DNA of 64,000 nt, from assembly GCA_010093995.1 (NCBI GenBank), contig ML992502.1, positions 1,109,001 to 1,173,000 on the forward strand. The letters run 5' to 3'. This document shows positions 1-12,853 of the stretch, piece by piece. Below the pieces are notes generated by a model, which was not told the DNA's origin, made no database searches, and saw only the letters and a program-made list of their open reading frames with translations. Within the stretch, counting starts at the first letter, position 1, and each line of letters opens with the position of its first letter. The position numbers and the translations under genes were made by a program. This DNA comes from Elsinoe ampelina. Lineage: Eukaryota.

Positions 1-2570
1 GGCCAGCACCAACGCCGCCGACACCATTAAGCAATTGAATCAAGCAAGGAATTTTTGCCTCGCCGATCCCAACAACCTATACCCTCAAATCGTTCCTGGC
101 CTCGCTCCCATAATCAACGCAAACGCTGAACTCGAATTGAGAAGATGGGGGACAGACTTTTTGGCCGAGACCTTCGCGTCCCCAGTGCTAGCAGGAGAAC
201 ACAAGCAGAAGCTGGCAACACATGTGCTGGACGCGCTGAAGAGCTATCTGGACAAGCCCGACGAGGATGCCATGGTTGTGAAGAGTGTCGTGCAGATCGC
301 CTCCAGCATATACCAATTCGTGTTTCGTCAGATGTGAGTATTCCCCTATCCATCCTGTAGATAGCGTGGAGTGCTTCGTACGACTGCTTGTAGATCATTG
401 CCATGTACTCCCCGGCATTCGCGGCAATGAAGAAGCCATATTCTTACCATGAACACAGAATCGCAAACCCTGGTGATGCACAATCATGGCAGAAGATGGC
501 CGACATCAAATCAGCCATATTGAGGAGGATGGACTCAAGCCCTGCTGGTGTCAAAGTGTGCTGCATCAAGTTCGTGCAAAGAGTAGTCCAGGTCCAGACA
601 CCAGGTTTGATCGCTGATCCAAGAGTGCGTGTATTCCTACCAGATGTTCCGCATGTCCTAGAGTTGACAATCGTCCAGCGTCCCGACCAAAATGAGATCT
701 CCCTCGCTCTGGTACCTCGAGATCACCCTATTATGCATCCTTCGAACCTCGAAGCAGAAGCATCTGGTCTTCTCGACCGCCTCTTGGACGTGCTCCAAGA
801 CAACAGCAGGTACGTCTTCGCACAGAGGTCTAGCAGAAAGACTACCGCTGACTATCTCCCAGTGACGCACTACTCGTGACAGCCGCTTTGAACAGTTTGA
901 GCTCCTTGGTACGGGGTAGAGCCTCGATATCAAACAAGATCATTTCCGCTATCGTGAACTTCAACCCGTTCACGCTTGCACAAGCACAACATCCAATGAC
1001 GATCAAGAATAAGATTCTGATCAGGTCAATGACGAGGACGACAATGTCATTCCTCGCCAACATCCTCAAGAAGTACGGCAATCCGGAAATGGGGGAGAGC
1101 TTGTGTGCTGATATTAATTAGGAACCCCCAACACCCACTCGCTGGACGCATACATGGCACGTTGGATAGGCTCAAACAGAGTCTGATTGAAGTGTTTGAC
1201 GAGACGAGACGCAAGAGACCAGCTCCAGAGGAGCCCACAGATGGTCTGTCGGATGCGAAGCGACAGAGACTCGGCGCCGAAGTCCCTGTCCGACAGCCTG
1301 CTGCTCTTCAGCCTCCCCCCTTCCCCACCAATGGTCCCGTGACATATGCTCAACTCTATACATTGACACCTGATCCGAGCGCTCAGGGGTTCGATGTCAA
1401 GGGCATCCCTATTGACATGGTGTCTCGTATACTTCCGCCTCTGCTTGCTTCTATTGAGTCATCACGACTTGACAGCGCCATAAATGTACGTTACAAAGTC
1501 TTTTCTTCCACGCATCCTCTATAGTGCCGTGGCCATGTTTTCGATACAAGAAATGCTGACATCTCGCTCAGACCATTCGTGCGCGCTTTCTGAGCTTATC
1601 ACAACCAAAACCGAAAGATGCTTACGGCGCCGCCCGAGTTGCTGTAGGCGCCGAAGAAGAAGACGACTACGAGCCAGACGGACCCACAGAAACAGCCGAG
1701 CAAGTCCTCAACGCTCTCGACCAGACATCAGGCGACCCTCCCTCATCAGCTCCACCCGATATCGCCCTTGGGCCCTTTCACCTGCCCCCTCCACCTCCAC
1801 TAACAGAAGAAAACACCCTCGACCTCAGCAAAGGCACCATCACCCGCGTCTTCTCCGCCCTCGCCACTCTCGACAGGCTCCCCGCCAGCAAACCCAAACC
1901 CACCGCCTTCACCCCTCTCCCACCCACGTCGCACGATCGGCAAACCTGGCTCACAACCCTCACCCGCCTCGCCACCCGCGCCCCCGCCGGCCTCGACCCC
2001 TCCACCTCCTCCTCTACCCGTCCCCGCTTCTCCCCCTCCACCCTCATCTGCGACGCCCTCTTCCGGTACATCATCGACGACTTCCGCCGGCGCATCGACG
2101 TGGCCATCTCCTGGCTCAACGAAGAATGGTACGCCGACCGCATCGCACTGGAACAACACAGTCTCGACGCCTCCTCTTCGCCCGCACCACAGCCCCAGTA
2201 CCAAAAATGGCTGTACAAAATCCTCGACGGCTTCTTACCTTTCCTCGACGCCAAGGACCGCCTCCTCATCCGGTTTTTGTCGGAGATTCCGGATCTGGAT
2301 GCGGGTGTCGTCAAGAGAGTGGTGAAGTTGGCGGCGGATCCGGACCGGGTCAATCTGGCGGTGCAGGCGTTGCATTATCTCGTGTTGTACAGGCCGCCGG
2401 TCAGGGAGGTTTGTCTTGATGGGGTGGAGGAGTTGTGGAGGAGTTATGAGGAGGCGAGGACGGTGGCGGGGAAGGTTTTGGGGAGGTATAGGGGGGAGGT
2501 CATGAAGAAGGAGGAAGAGAGGGGAGGGGGGGGAGGTGAAGATGGAGGGGCAGTGAGGGGAGGGGCTTGA
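1..2570 (+). CDS. PTA1: Pta1/symplekin-like subunit of the mRNA cleavage and polyadenylation factor (multi-exon; base 1 is probably the G of the ATG)
   Basis: Exons approx. 1-333, 459-624, 679-809, 863-1072, 1122-1485, 1573-2570 joined by GT..AG introns. Symplekin N-terminal motifs (ELRRWGTDFLAE, GVKVCCIKFVQRVVQVQTPG, LEAEASGLLDRLL) and C-terminal motifs (DFRRRIDVAISWLNEEWY, DRLLIRFLSEIP, LHYLVLYRPPVRE). Confidence 0.88.
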
Positions 2571-3019
2571 GGATGGGGGAACGGCATGGGGGGAGGGGAG
2601 CGTGTGCATGGTGCATGAGGATGGCGCATGAGCGGGGGCTTTTCATCGAGGTATATGCCTAGAAGGGAGTGACATGTCTGATTAGCAATGAAGAGCACAG
2701 TGCACAGCAAGCATGGGTCGGATAATGTTGCGAAACATTCCATTCAGTCCAAAGAGCATCTATCAAGTCTTGCAAACCAGAAACCAAAGAAAGACCCAGA
2801 TCCCAAACGCCTACAAGCCCACCCGGGCCACTTTTAAGCAGCCCTCATTGCGGCGGTGTTTCCCAGCTCCCAGACCCCGTCTGAGAGCCTGTTCATTCCC
2901 GTAGTCCTGTGCATGCGACAAAGCGCATCGCAAATGTCATTCTGGGTATCGCTACGCTCGCTCAAAATGCCAGTCCATAAAGCCAAGTTGGTCAATCCAT
3001 CGTGGTGGTTGTCGTCAGT

Positions 3020-3277
3020 CTAGTGTAGCGAATAACCGTAGCTGATTTTCTGATCAAAGTCGGGTAAAGACTTTGGGAAGAAAGATTTCTTGGAGGACTT
3101 TTTTGAGGATTTGTGGCTGGGGAGAAGCGAGGTTGAGGAGTCGGTGGAGGTGGTGCTGTAGATCGACGAGGCGGAGGGTTTGCTGGTGGGTTTGGAGGTG
3201 GAGGAGGAGGATTGGTATGACTTCATTGTCTTTGCGAGGGAGGAGTTGGCGGGGATGGATGGGATTTGAAAGCTCAT
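3020..3277 (-). CDS. Small Ser/Lys-rich hypothetical protein (85 aa)
   Basis: ATG-initiated ORF with C-ending codon bias on its own strand; low-complexity SIYSTTSTDSSTSLL stretch; no recognised domain. Confidence 0.5.
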   Translation of the reverse strand: MSFQIPSIPANSSLAKTMKSYQSSSSTSKPTSKPSASSIYSTTSTDSSTSLLPSHKSSKKSSKKSFFPKSLPDFDQKISYGYSLH

Positions 3278-4279
3278 GTTTGTGGGTGTGTAGTGGTGGT
3301 TATGGTTGGTGTTGTTGAGGGTGATTTGGTTTGTGGATGGGTGGATATGATGAAGGCTTTATTGATTGCTTGTGTTGTAGTAGAGATGTGAAAGCTGATG
3401 ATGATAAAACGAGACGACCTACCTCAGGCATCGAGTATATTTATAATTGGCATGGGCACTTTGTGCTGAAGGAGGCTACCACACCTGAACGTCAGCACTG
3501 CACACGGAGTTGAGATTGCATGTTGCAAAGCCGGTGCGACAGTGACGGTAGCCTGGATGACTCCTCGCATCCTCTGCAGCCAAGGTAGGCATTGCATTTG
3601 TGACGTGCCATGGGGCTTGCTGCGGTGTTGAGATTTGGAGATTTAGCGCGTGGGCTGTGTCGATTTGGGTCTGGTGAGTCAAGGACAGGCCGGAAATGAT
3701 TGGACGAGAGAGACAGGCGTCAAAATACACACGGCGGGTGCTGTACCATGGATGCTGGATATTTCCAGACGTTTGCAATGCAGAATCCTGCCATCGATCC
3801 TGTTGTGTCTTGATGGTGAACTCCAAGTGGTCGAAAGGGATGTCGTGTTTCTTGCAGCCTGAGGCTACAGCAGAATTGGGAAAGCAGAAGTGGGGCTGCG
3901 GAGCTCGGAGTTCATCTCAGTATCGAGATGCCTAGTATCATGCTCATGTCAGCATCCAAGTAATGCACAGAGGCTTTAGAGCTATACGGCATCTCGGCAT
4001 CGTACCTTCTAATGCCCCAATTGGTGAATGTGACAGGGCAATATTTGCTGGGAGATTACAAACAGTGGTACAGTAATTCGAGATGGGCGCGCTGAATGCG
4101 CAGCATCGCATGGGGCGCAGTCGCTCACTGTGAGCCAGCCAAGATGGCGGACTAAAGCACTCGAGCAGCGCATACGACACACGCTTGATGAAACATGTAC
4201 AACGATACTGCGCAGATAGTTGCAGTGCAGGAGCACTCGTTTGTGACTCTTCTATTCATTGTTCGTTCTTGCCTGTATC

Positions 4280-5038
4280 TCACCGCCCCTCGTCAACCTT
4301 TGAGGACTCCACTATTCTTGACTGCAGCGGCTTCTCAGCCCTGATGTTGTTCTCCTTCAGGTTCTGAAATTTACGAGCATTCTCCTCGTAGTTCTTCTTT
4401 TCAAACTTTGCGATCGCCGCATCGATGTTGCCGCTGCCGTGGCCTGCGGGGACGTTGAATGGCGAGCCGGTATTCATAGCCCTGGTCTATATTAATACTT
4501 CATCCTTGACAATAGTGCTACGCTGCTTCATCAAGACCCTCCAAGGTCTGTCCATGCATACAGTAGCTTGGACGTTACAAAAGACAAGACGTACTCAGGA
4601 TATCTCAAATCGATGTATCGTGATCGGGAGAAGTCGCCATTGAAGAACAGTGCCCGGTCGTTCCCCGCCAGCTCGACTGCTTGTGTGTGTAGATCATTTC
4701 TCTTGTCCCATGTGTCCTCTCTCGCTGTGTATGATTCGATCAACCTCGTGAAGATGGGCTTGTTGTCTGGTCCGCCGCTAGCTGTGAATTTGTATATTGC
4801 GATACTGAGTGGAACAGCTGCTAGAGCGATGAAGAAGCCTCGCTACAGAACTTTGTCAGTATGGCCCACGCTGACACTGGATTAGAGGATATGATCGTAC
4901 ACCAAAGGACTCGTTTGCTGGGGCCGGATGCGCATCATGGGCGCCGTGCGAGTCGTGGGCGGAGCGGCGTGGTTGTTGTCGGAGCGAGATCCTGATCGTC
5001 CTACTCGCCTGCAGGGGTGCTCTTCGTAACGACTGCAT
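4280..5038 (-). CDS. NADH-ubiquinone oxidoreductase 17.8 kDa accessory subunit (mitochondrial complex I)
   Basis: Arg-rich presequence (MQSLRRAPLQASRTIR), one TM segment (FFIALAAVPLSIAIY), motifs RNDLHTQAVELAGNDRALF, IDLRYPE and NTGSPFNVPAGHG; three exons. Confidence 0.8.
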
Positions 5039-5467
5039 GGTATGTGGAGATGCAATGGCTTGGGGACTGAAGAGAGTCTGCCTTCACCTCGAAGTCGAGA
5101 GCGGATCGGATCTGCCTAGCTGTGATTGGTCGAACACCAACCCCGACCACCGCTGATCATCAGTGTTCAACTTTACTGTACAAGTTGTGCATCGCAAAAT
5201 GACACATCTGGATTTGCTGATTCCATTCGTTGCGACAGCTGTGATGTTGAATTCTTGAGAAGTTGCAATGTTGAATTGTACCACTGCACGATTTGGAGCA
5301 ATGATCCTCTGGACGCGTTGGAGTGCTCCTCGCCTCCCAGCAACACTCCCTCCAAGCACGTCTACCAGACCGACGATGAACTATGAGCAAGAGTCCCTCC
5401 ACGTCAACAAGGGCGTAGCAGTCGCCATCTGATCCGCTGCATCTCTCCCATAGGTCCTGAAACAACA

Positions 5468-5949
5468 CTACTCCTCCTGCTTGACATCCTCAAAGTCAAA
5501 GTCGTACCTGGGACGCTTCGCATCCTGCTCCTCCCCAACAACCGCGGCGTCCTCGTCATCTTCCTCCTTGATCTTGTCGCTATTACGTCCTATGGAAGTC
5601 CAAGTCAGCTACGTCTAGAATTGGGTCTCAAGGAACACATACCTCTCTTCGGCGCAGCCTTGGCTTTGGGAGTCTTAGGTGCCTTCTGACTCTTGGGGGC
5701 TCTAGGCTTAGCCTTGACACCTTCGACCACTTCGTCGCCGTCCAACTGCGCCTTGAGCTCGCGAGCATGCTTGAGGACGGCGCGGAACTGGTGCTGAAAG
5801 CTGTTGGCGGTGCGGTTGCCGTCGAGGGCGGACATCATCTCGTAGCTCTTGTTACCGACCGTACCACCAGAAGCGAAGATGGATGCACAGAGAACCGCGA
5901 CAGTGTCGAAGCTGAAGTCAGACTTCTTGTTGTCCTTTTCGTCTCCCAT
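5468..5949 (-). CDS. Fungal hypothetical protein with basic Lys/Pro/Ala-rich tail (possible chromatin/DNA-binding protein)
   Basis: ATG at 5949 (MGDEKDNKK); core YEMMSALDGNRTANSFQHQFRAVLKHARELK; intron approx. 5642-5592; short acidic last exon ending ...DVKQEE-TAG at 5468. Confidence 0.65.
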
Positions 5950-6473
5950 GATGGCCAAGTGAGCAGGATGACAACAGCTCGATGTGAAATTGTGAATTGG
6001 TAGGTGATTTGGGTGATTTAGGTGACCGTGATGCGGTGATGTTGCGCTGAGGTGAAGGTGGATCGAGTTGGAGTACTTGATGTGAGCGCTGGCAGGTGAC
6101 CGTGATGGATGTGGGTGACACTGTGGCTGGGTGAATCCTTGAACGATAGCCAGAGACGGCGATGTGCAGGATAACAGGCCAGGAATGGTCGCTGAAGAAG
6201 GGAATGGGGTAATGCTGGTGTGAAGAAAGTGATGTGTAGAACTCAGGCCCTTGTGGGGAGTGAAGACAATCGAGATGATGTGAGACGTATGACTAAGTTG
6301 GAGGAGTGACCGTGAAGATAAGGGAGAAGAAATCCATAGGGGGGTGTACCAAGAATTCACATGCTAGAATCTGCATTACCTTCCCGCCAGCATGACGTTG
6401 ACACCTTGCGAAACATTCCCGGTCACCATAGTACTCACGAGGGGATCGTTTTGAATTCAGCAAGTTTTGGGTA

Positions 6474-8048
6474 TCATTCAGCACTCTGGTGCTTAGCGTT
6501 CAAAATAGGACCACCCGTCGTCGCGGTTTCGATCGGTCTCAACAATCCCATGTTACCAAGATACCTGATTGCTTGTAATGCCAGCTTATCCTCCTCGTCT
6601 TGCTGTTGTTCCAGGAGCTGATCATGGTTAGTCCTGAAACTCCTAGATGCCTGTGCCTGACTTACCCTTTGATGCAGCGTCTTCCGCTCGCTCCCATTCT
6701 CCTTCTGCTTCTTCTGCTTCTTCTGCTTTGCCGTCATAGATTCGTCCCTCACGTGCTCGAAATGACAATTTCTGCCATACCTGCACAGACCCCTGGTTTG
6801 GAAGTAGTGGCACGGCTGTCTGGCTGTAGGTGGTGTAGCCAGCTCTCTCGACGCCGGAGTCGTTTTCGAAGTCTGCTCTTCTGGAGCAGAATCGTTGCTG
6901 ACGTCGCTGTCAGAATCGTCTTCCGAGCTCAAGGACTGGTCTGAAGGGGTCCCATCTTCGGAACCAGTGTCGATGTTCTTCGCAGCCTCTGTTGCGGGAG
7001 TTGGAACGGAATTTGCTTCCTGTTCCTTCTGTCGTGACAACTTCTGTTCCATGAGCTGCTTGCGGAGTAGGTCTGCTCGATTGCTTGGACCAGTGTTTGC
7101 TTTCTGAGCACTGACTTGACTTGTCGAGAGAGCCTTGTGAGTGGGCTGTTTGCCGCTCTTGCTTGAATTGAGCATGTCTGCACTTTCCTGCTCAATCCGA
7201 CGCCGTTCTTCCATACGGGCATGTCTAGCATGTAGCTTCTGCTCGATGTTGTGCTTGGTTGCAAAGCCTGCTTTCCGCTCCTGTATCCAAGCCATGATAT
7301 CCGCTTGAGTTTCGAGAGTGATGATCTCTCCATTGTGCTCGAATTTCAATCTGTCACTTCGTCAACGGTCGTCCACAACCTGCGGCAGGCATACGTACTT
7401 CTCGCCAACGACCTTCCCATAAGCGGCCTCCTCATCTTCATCGTCGCTTTCTTCACTGTCGCTGCCGACTTGCACGGATAGTGAGCCCTCTGTTGGCGTC
7501 AAGCCCAACGTGTTTGACGACGTTGATCCATGTGATGCTTGTTGATTGCGCGCCACCGGACCAGTCGAAGTTCCGATGGGGAACGGCAGAGGCAGACCGA
7601 AACTGGGTACAGAAGGCGCTATAGCAGTCTTCTGAGTAGTGATTTGCTGCTTCATGGGACGTGGTCTTCCTTCCTGACCTCGCCCACGGCCGCCTCGCCA
7701 CGAATCTGACCTAACATCGTCAAGCTTGCGCTTCTGCCCATGGCTAAGCGATGAACCATGAGACTGTGTCCGCTGAGGCTGTGAATAGTCTCCGTTGATC
7801 GTACCGTGAGCGAAGTTGTGGTTGACGTAAGATCCTGCAGGGTATTGATTCGTGCTCAATGATGGACTAGGCGAGAGGTGGGTGATCGGTGTTGCATTCG
7901 CCCCTCTTCCTCCAAATGAGCCCCCACGACCTCGCGAGTGACCTCGTCCACCTCTGCCCCGTCCTCGGTCAGCCGACGGAGAATATGCTGGAGCAGACGA
8001 CTTCGGCGGTGGTGGAGGTGGCGGCGGAAAGCTGAACCCAGGAGCCAT
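6474..8048 (-). CDS. NUFIP1/Rsa1-domain protein with CCCH zinc finger (box C/D snoRNP assembly factor-like)
   Basis: N-terminal polyPro and RGG repeats; NUFIP1-like LETQADIMAWIQERKAGF; CCCH finger CHYFQTRGLCRYGRNCHFEH; C-terminal EDKLALQAIRYL; introns near 7398-7351 and 6666-6619. Confidence 0.75.
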
Positions 8049-8358
8049 GGCCGCGACAATCAAGCTGCCACAGGACTCATAGCTATGTTTCCAGTGAGTC
8101 AGCTACCACCTATATCAAAGCATGTCGAAAAGTTCGAGCTGATGAGAGAAGACGAATTCAACTCTGTCTCCAATCATCAACTTCTCATAGGGCTGAAGAA
8201 CATGTGGGTCTGCAGAAACTCTAAATTTTATGCCGCTCCACACCAGATATCTGCTCTGATCACCTCACGGGTTTCATTTTCTTGCGCGGTTCAACTGTTC
8301 CCTGATTGACTCATCATCTTTCACAGATCGTGCGCGCCAGGTCACGACCGAGTAAAAA

Positions 8359-9084
8359 ATGTACAACATCGTATGTATTCACTCTAGTATGCTGACTTCA
8401 CTGGCTCACTTCTCAAGGTTACCATCTCGGATCTGATTCAGATATTGCCACAAGATTACGAGAAGCGCAGCGCTCGAGCTCTTGAGGACAACATCAACGC
8501 CAAGTATGCCAACAAAGTCATCCACAAGATCGGTCTAGCCGTCGCTCTCTTCGACATCCTTAAATTCTCTGAAGGACTCATCGGTCACGGGACAGGCATA
8601 GTGAATGTTCATGTTGACTTTCGACTCATCGTTTTCCGACCTTTCAAAGGAGAGATTCTACAAGGTAGAATCATCGACAACTCTCCTGCCGGGCTGCGCA
8701 TCTCGATCGACTTCTTCGATGACATTATGGTCCACGCACCTGGTATGGTGTTTGAGAACACTCATTAGTCAGTGATATCAGGAGAGCAGGAGACAAATTG
8801 TTAACAATCACAGTGATCGGGTCGAGGAAGAAGGCCAGCCCGCTGAGTCCGTCTGGGTCTGGCACGCCGAAGGAGCAGGAGAGCTCTACTTTGACAACCA
8901 CGAAATCGTCCGCTTCAGAGTTGAGAACGAGACATGGACCGACCTGGAACCCAAACGTGCCCCAGACGCCGTGACTGCCGAGGTGAAGACAGAAGATGTC
9001 TCGGATATGAGTCCATACAAGATCACCGCTTCGATGCAACTGAGCGGGCTCGGCTCAATTGTATGGTGGGCAGAAGCGGCGTGA
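8359..9084 (+). CDS. RPC25: RNA polymerase III subunit C25 (Rpc8)
   Basis: Exon 1 MYNI (8359-8370), then VTISDLIQI...INAKYANKVIHKIGL...FRLIVFRPFKGEIL; intron 8769-8813; ends SMQLSGLGSIVWWAEAA-TGA. Confidence 0.92.
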
Positions 9085-9127
9085 GACGAGATCATCATTC
9101 GTTACGGATTACAACTATTGTACATTG

Positions 9128-10481
9128 CTAATACGATGCACCACCCCAGTGGTTGAACTCCTCGACGAACCTCACAGCCGCCTTGAGATAAAAACGATCA
9201 GGGTCGCCCCAGGTATCTGCAGCGACTTGCAGTGCACGACACCCTTTGACGAAATGCGCATCTGTCGCAAAGTCCGACTTGAGGGCTTGTTGCTCCACGA
9301 ACTCCCAGCCTCTCCCCTTTGGATCAAAGTCCTCCACTCTGGACACATCGACTACTGGCCTCAACTCCATCACGTATGCCGACAAGGCAAACAACCACCA
9401 CTGTCGCACCAACGAGAAATGCCACTTCGCTGGCAGCAAAGGCAACAAGACCCTCACAGCATGCGAAGCCGTCAACGCATGCACCAGAAAAAAGTCGTAC
9501 CGCGGCTGCTTCTCCGAGGGCGATCCCACCAACAACGCAGCGGCCGCTTTCTGGCTGTCCTCAAACTGCTTCTTCGGATCCGTAATCTCCCAACTATTCC
9601 AGTACTCCAACAATAGCTTCTCCTTTTCCGGATCCGCAAACAACGCATCCACCTCCCCACCATTCCGCTCCGTCACGAACCCCTCAAACCGCTCATCTCT
9701 CGCCACCCGACCCAGTATCTCCACCAAATCCGCCGTCGGCTCCGGCGCAGGCTTCGTATACGCCGGATCATCCAGGTACTTATGCTGGTCGTTATAGAAA
9801 CACGCCGTCAACGCCAGCGCCTCAATCGCGACTGTCGGGGAGGAGAGCTCGAAGGCGTAACCCAGGTGGATGAGAGGATGGGCAAGGCCGCAGATTAGAT
9901 TATTCACGAGCGGCTCCGGTCCGTCGAAGAGGAATTCATGCACCACTTCTTTCCAGTCATAACCGTGCTGTGCCAGTCTGTCTTCGAAGAAGTCAATGTA
10001 TGCTCTTTGGTACCTGTGCGATTGTCAGGGTGTGTGCCGTGCTGAAGTTGTGGGGGGACTTGCTCTCTTTTGCCTAGGAAGCTGCGCCAGTCTTCCATGC
10101 TGATCTCGCCCGGGGAGTCTCGCCATGGTTCTAGATTCTTGCTTTCGACGTCGTAGATTTTGTTTAGGTGCTCGGTGTCGGCGCCGAGGATGTAGGCGGA
10201 TCCGAGGATCTGGTGGGGTTAGTGTCTGCTCGGGGGTCGGGGGTGGGAGTGCTTGCATGCGGGCAGTGATTGTGGAATCGGAGGTTGTTGTATATTATGC
10301 TGTGGTTGATGTGATTTGCTTTCAGGAGGTGCTTGAGTGTCCGCGCTCTCTTTTCCGAGTTCTCTTCGATGTCGTGGATCTTGACAGAGGGGATTTGGAC
10401 GCCGACTGCGGAGGAGCCGGCGAGGCCTGAGATCCAAGAGGGAATGCCCAGGCCCAGTGAGCGCAGAGAGAACATCGACAT
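9128..10481 (-). CDS. Questin oxidase-like / DUF4243 (HypA/AflY-type) oxidoreductase
   Basis: Motifs LKANHINHSI, FHNHCPH, ILGSAYILGA, GLAHPLIHLGYAFE, YDFFLVHALTASHAVR, DAHFVKGCRAL; two introns. Confidence 0.85.
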
Positions 10482-10693
10482 GTTGTGCCGCTACCGGTTT
10501 GAGGGAGTCATGCTGTGTTATGTGGAGGGATGAAGAAGATGGTCTGACGAAAAGTGCATGTTTGAGCTTCCCCGCATTTTGACTTTGAGATGCATGTGAA
10601 GGATGACGAGGGGCGCGGAGTTCGGAAATCTAAGGTATATGTGGTTCTTCTATGCTATGCTACAACGGTATATCTCCAAGACCTCGGGCGTGA

Positions 10694-11660
10694 TCACGTC
10701 AAGCTGTCGAGAAGCCTGTCCTCCACGCCATCGAGAATGTAGTAGTGCGGCGTCACTTCAAGGTTCTCGGCCTCGTTTTGGAAGAGCTTATCCGGATCCT
10801 GCTCGGGTCCCATGGGACTCATTTGTGTTTGAGCCATTTGTTGTTGCATCTGATTGGCAGCTACGCGTGGTCAATACAATTGCAGTTGCAAGGGAGACTT
10901 TATGTCTTACCATTGTTGCTTCCGAGGATGAAATTATACACGGGCTGCAGACCAAACAAGGTGAGGAAGTACCAGGACAGACTCGATACCCAACGGACAT
11001 CCAGATCTCTCGTGCCTACGCCTGATTGCAGCATGGCCTTGAACTGCGGCGTGAGCGGAAATGGAAGCTTCACTGCAAGCTATCAGCACTGCGCGGTGAA
11101 TGCCCTCGACCCAACTTACTGATGACATATCCTGAGAAAAAGGCATTGATCCACCCCATGATCAGGGTCTGTGGGATCATCATGGCCATGTTTCCCTTCA
11201 TCATGCCCATCATTCCCTCCATCATGGCCGGATCTGACATGGGATTCGGTCGTGGCTTGCCCCGTCCTTCCGGATCCGCCAGGAAATGTCCGTCCTTGTA
11301 CGCCTGTATCATGTACGCTTTCTTGGCTTGGAATGAAGACGGTGACAGCTGCTGTGCTTGAGCCCTCAGGTTCACACCGCGCATCAGAGATCGCTGTTGT
11401 CTGACTTTCTCGATTGGTTGCGGCTTAGGCGCGGTCTGGAGAAGAGTTGAGAGGTAGTGTCGGAGAACACCAGTGAGGATCTGGTATAGTAAGTCTCAGG
11501 AAGCGCTCATTGCAAGGACAATGCTGACCATGACCACTGTGATCGGCAAAAGAATCCAGTAGCTGCAGGGCGTTAGCGGCTGGCCGTGCTAGTGAAGGAT
11601 GATAGACACGAACAAAAGCGCAGGATCCCTATGGATCGTCTGCTCCACTGGTAGAGCCAT
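10694..11660 (-). CDS. EMC3: ER membrane protein complex subunit 3
   Basis: MALPVEQTIHRDPALF / YWILLPITVVM / ILTGVLRHY; PNPMSDPAMMEGMMGMMKGNMAMMIPQTLIMGWINAFFSG; LDVRWVSSLSWYFL; ends EAENLEVTPHYYILDGVEDRLLDSLT-TGA. Confidence 0.93.
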
Positions 11661-11932
11661 GCTGACAACAATAATCGTTGCCGAAGGTTATAGAGTGATC
11701 AAGTCGAATCATTGCTGGCAGTTGAAGCTCTCGAGATGCGTTTTCGGCTGGCGGGCCGTCATTCCCGAAGAAGACACGACACGGCCTGACCTACTCCCTC
11801 CACCTTACCCATGTCAGCTGTTCACGACTTTACGATTCTGCTCTGATTCTCGTACTCAAAGGATCGATTGCTGTGATCCCTAGGCTCCATTCCAAGATTC
11901 AGACCTGTCATTGTACATTCAGACTCAACACC

Positions 11933-12650
11933 ATGGCCGAAAGTTCCAAAATCTCCCCATACAATCTTGCCGGTCAGTAGAGCTAGTGGACTACGAGGAG
12001 AAGTGTGTCTGACTGGATGCGTAGATTGTAAGAATACCACAGATGATGCCCTTCAGAACTACCTCAACGGTCTTAAATTCCAACAATCACATTACTACAC
12101 AGACGTTAAGCTCGGGCTGGGTTATGCAGCTCTCGTCATCTGCGCGATCACGTTTGCCTACGACTACAAGCTCGGCTTCGAGGCAACGAAATACTGGACT
12201 GCAGCTACTGTAGTAGCCTACTTCCTCCTCGACGGAGCGTTCACATACTGGCTTTGGTTCGTGGAGAAAGACATCATCTACACGGGTGACGCGAAGGGAC
12301 GGAAGGTAGGGAGGCTCGGAGGACTTGCATCATGCCTAGGCTAATGAAGCATGCAGATCACAATCTCAAGTTGGACGAGAAAGCTGGACCCGAACTACAG
12401 GCTGAAGATCAAGAGTGCAGCGACTGCAGGGTCGAAAGAGTGGCAGGAGTCGGAAGTGTCGGCACCCTTTACGAATTGGTTCACAGCAGACGGTGTATTT
12501 GTACCGCAGCCTTTCCAGCAATGGCTCGCATCGAGCGTAAGCTTTGTTGGAGAAGCGGATCCGAAGAACGCTTCGGCAGCGAAAGGTAGTGCAGACGTGG
12601 GCTTGTCGACGGGCGTCGGTGCAGGGTCAGAAAAGAAGAGAAAGTCATAG
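11933..12650 (+). CDS. SPC2: Signal peptidase complex subunit 2 (SPC25 family)
   Basis: Exon 1 MAESSKISPYNLA, then KNTTDDAL, two TM segments (DVKLGLGYAALVICAITF; WTAATVVAYFLL), APFTNWFTADGVF; introns approx. 11973-12025 and 12307-12356. Confidence 0.88.
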
Positions 12651-12853
12651 GCTACTGAACAAAAATCAAAGAAGCATTCAACATCACATCAGACCTGAAT
12701 CGAGTGAAGCCACTACGCCATGAATTCAAAGGAATATGTTGTGCCTGGCAATCGATTGAGATGCCCACATGCATGGGAGTGGAGATGGTTGTGTGATTCC
12801 AAGTGGAGCTTCGGGGCTTGCAGCTGAGCAAAAATGACAATGTGCTCCAGGGT

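Noticed and set aside
1484..2419. 311-aa Arg/Pro/His-rich plus-strand ORF
   Set aside because: Alternative frame of the C-rich last PTA1 exon.
5950..6360. His/Ser-rich N-terminal extension of ORF 5605-6360
   Set aside because: Non-ATG start and UTR-like composition; the plausible protein starts at ATG 5949.
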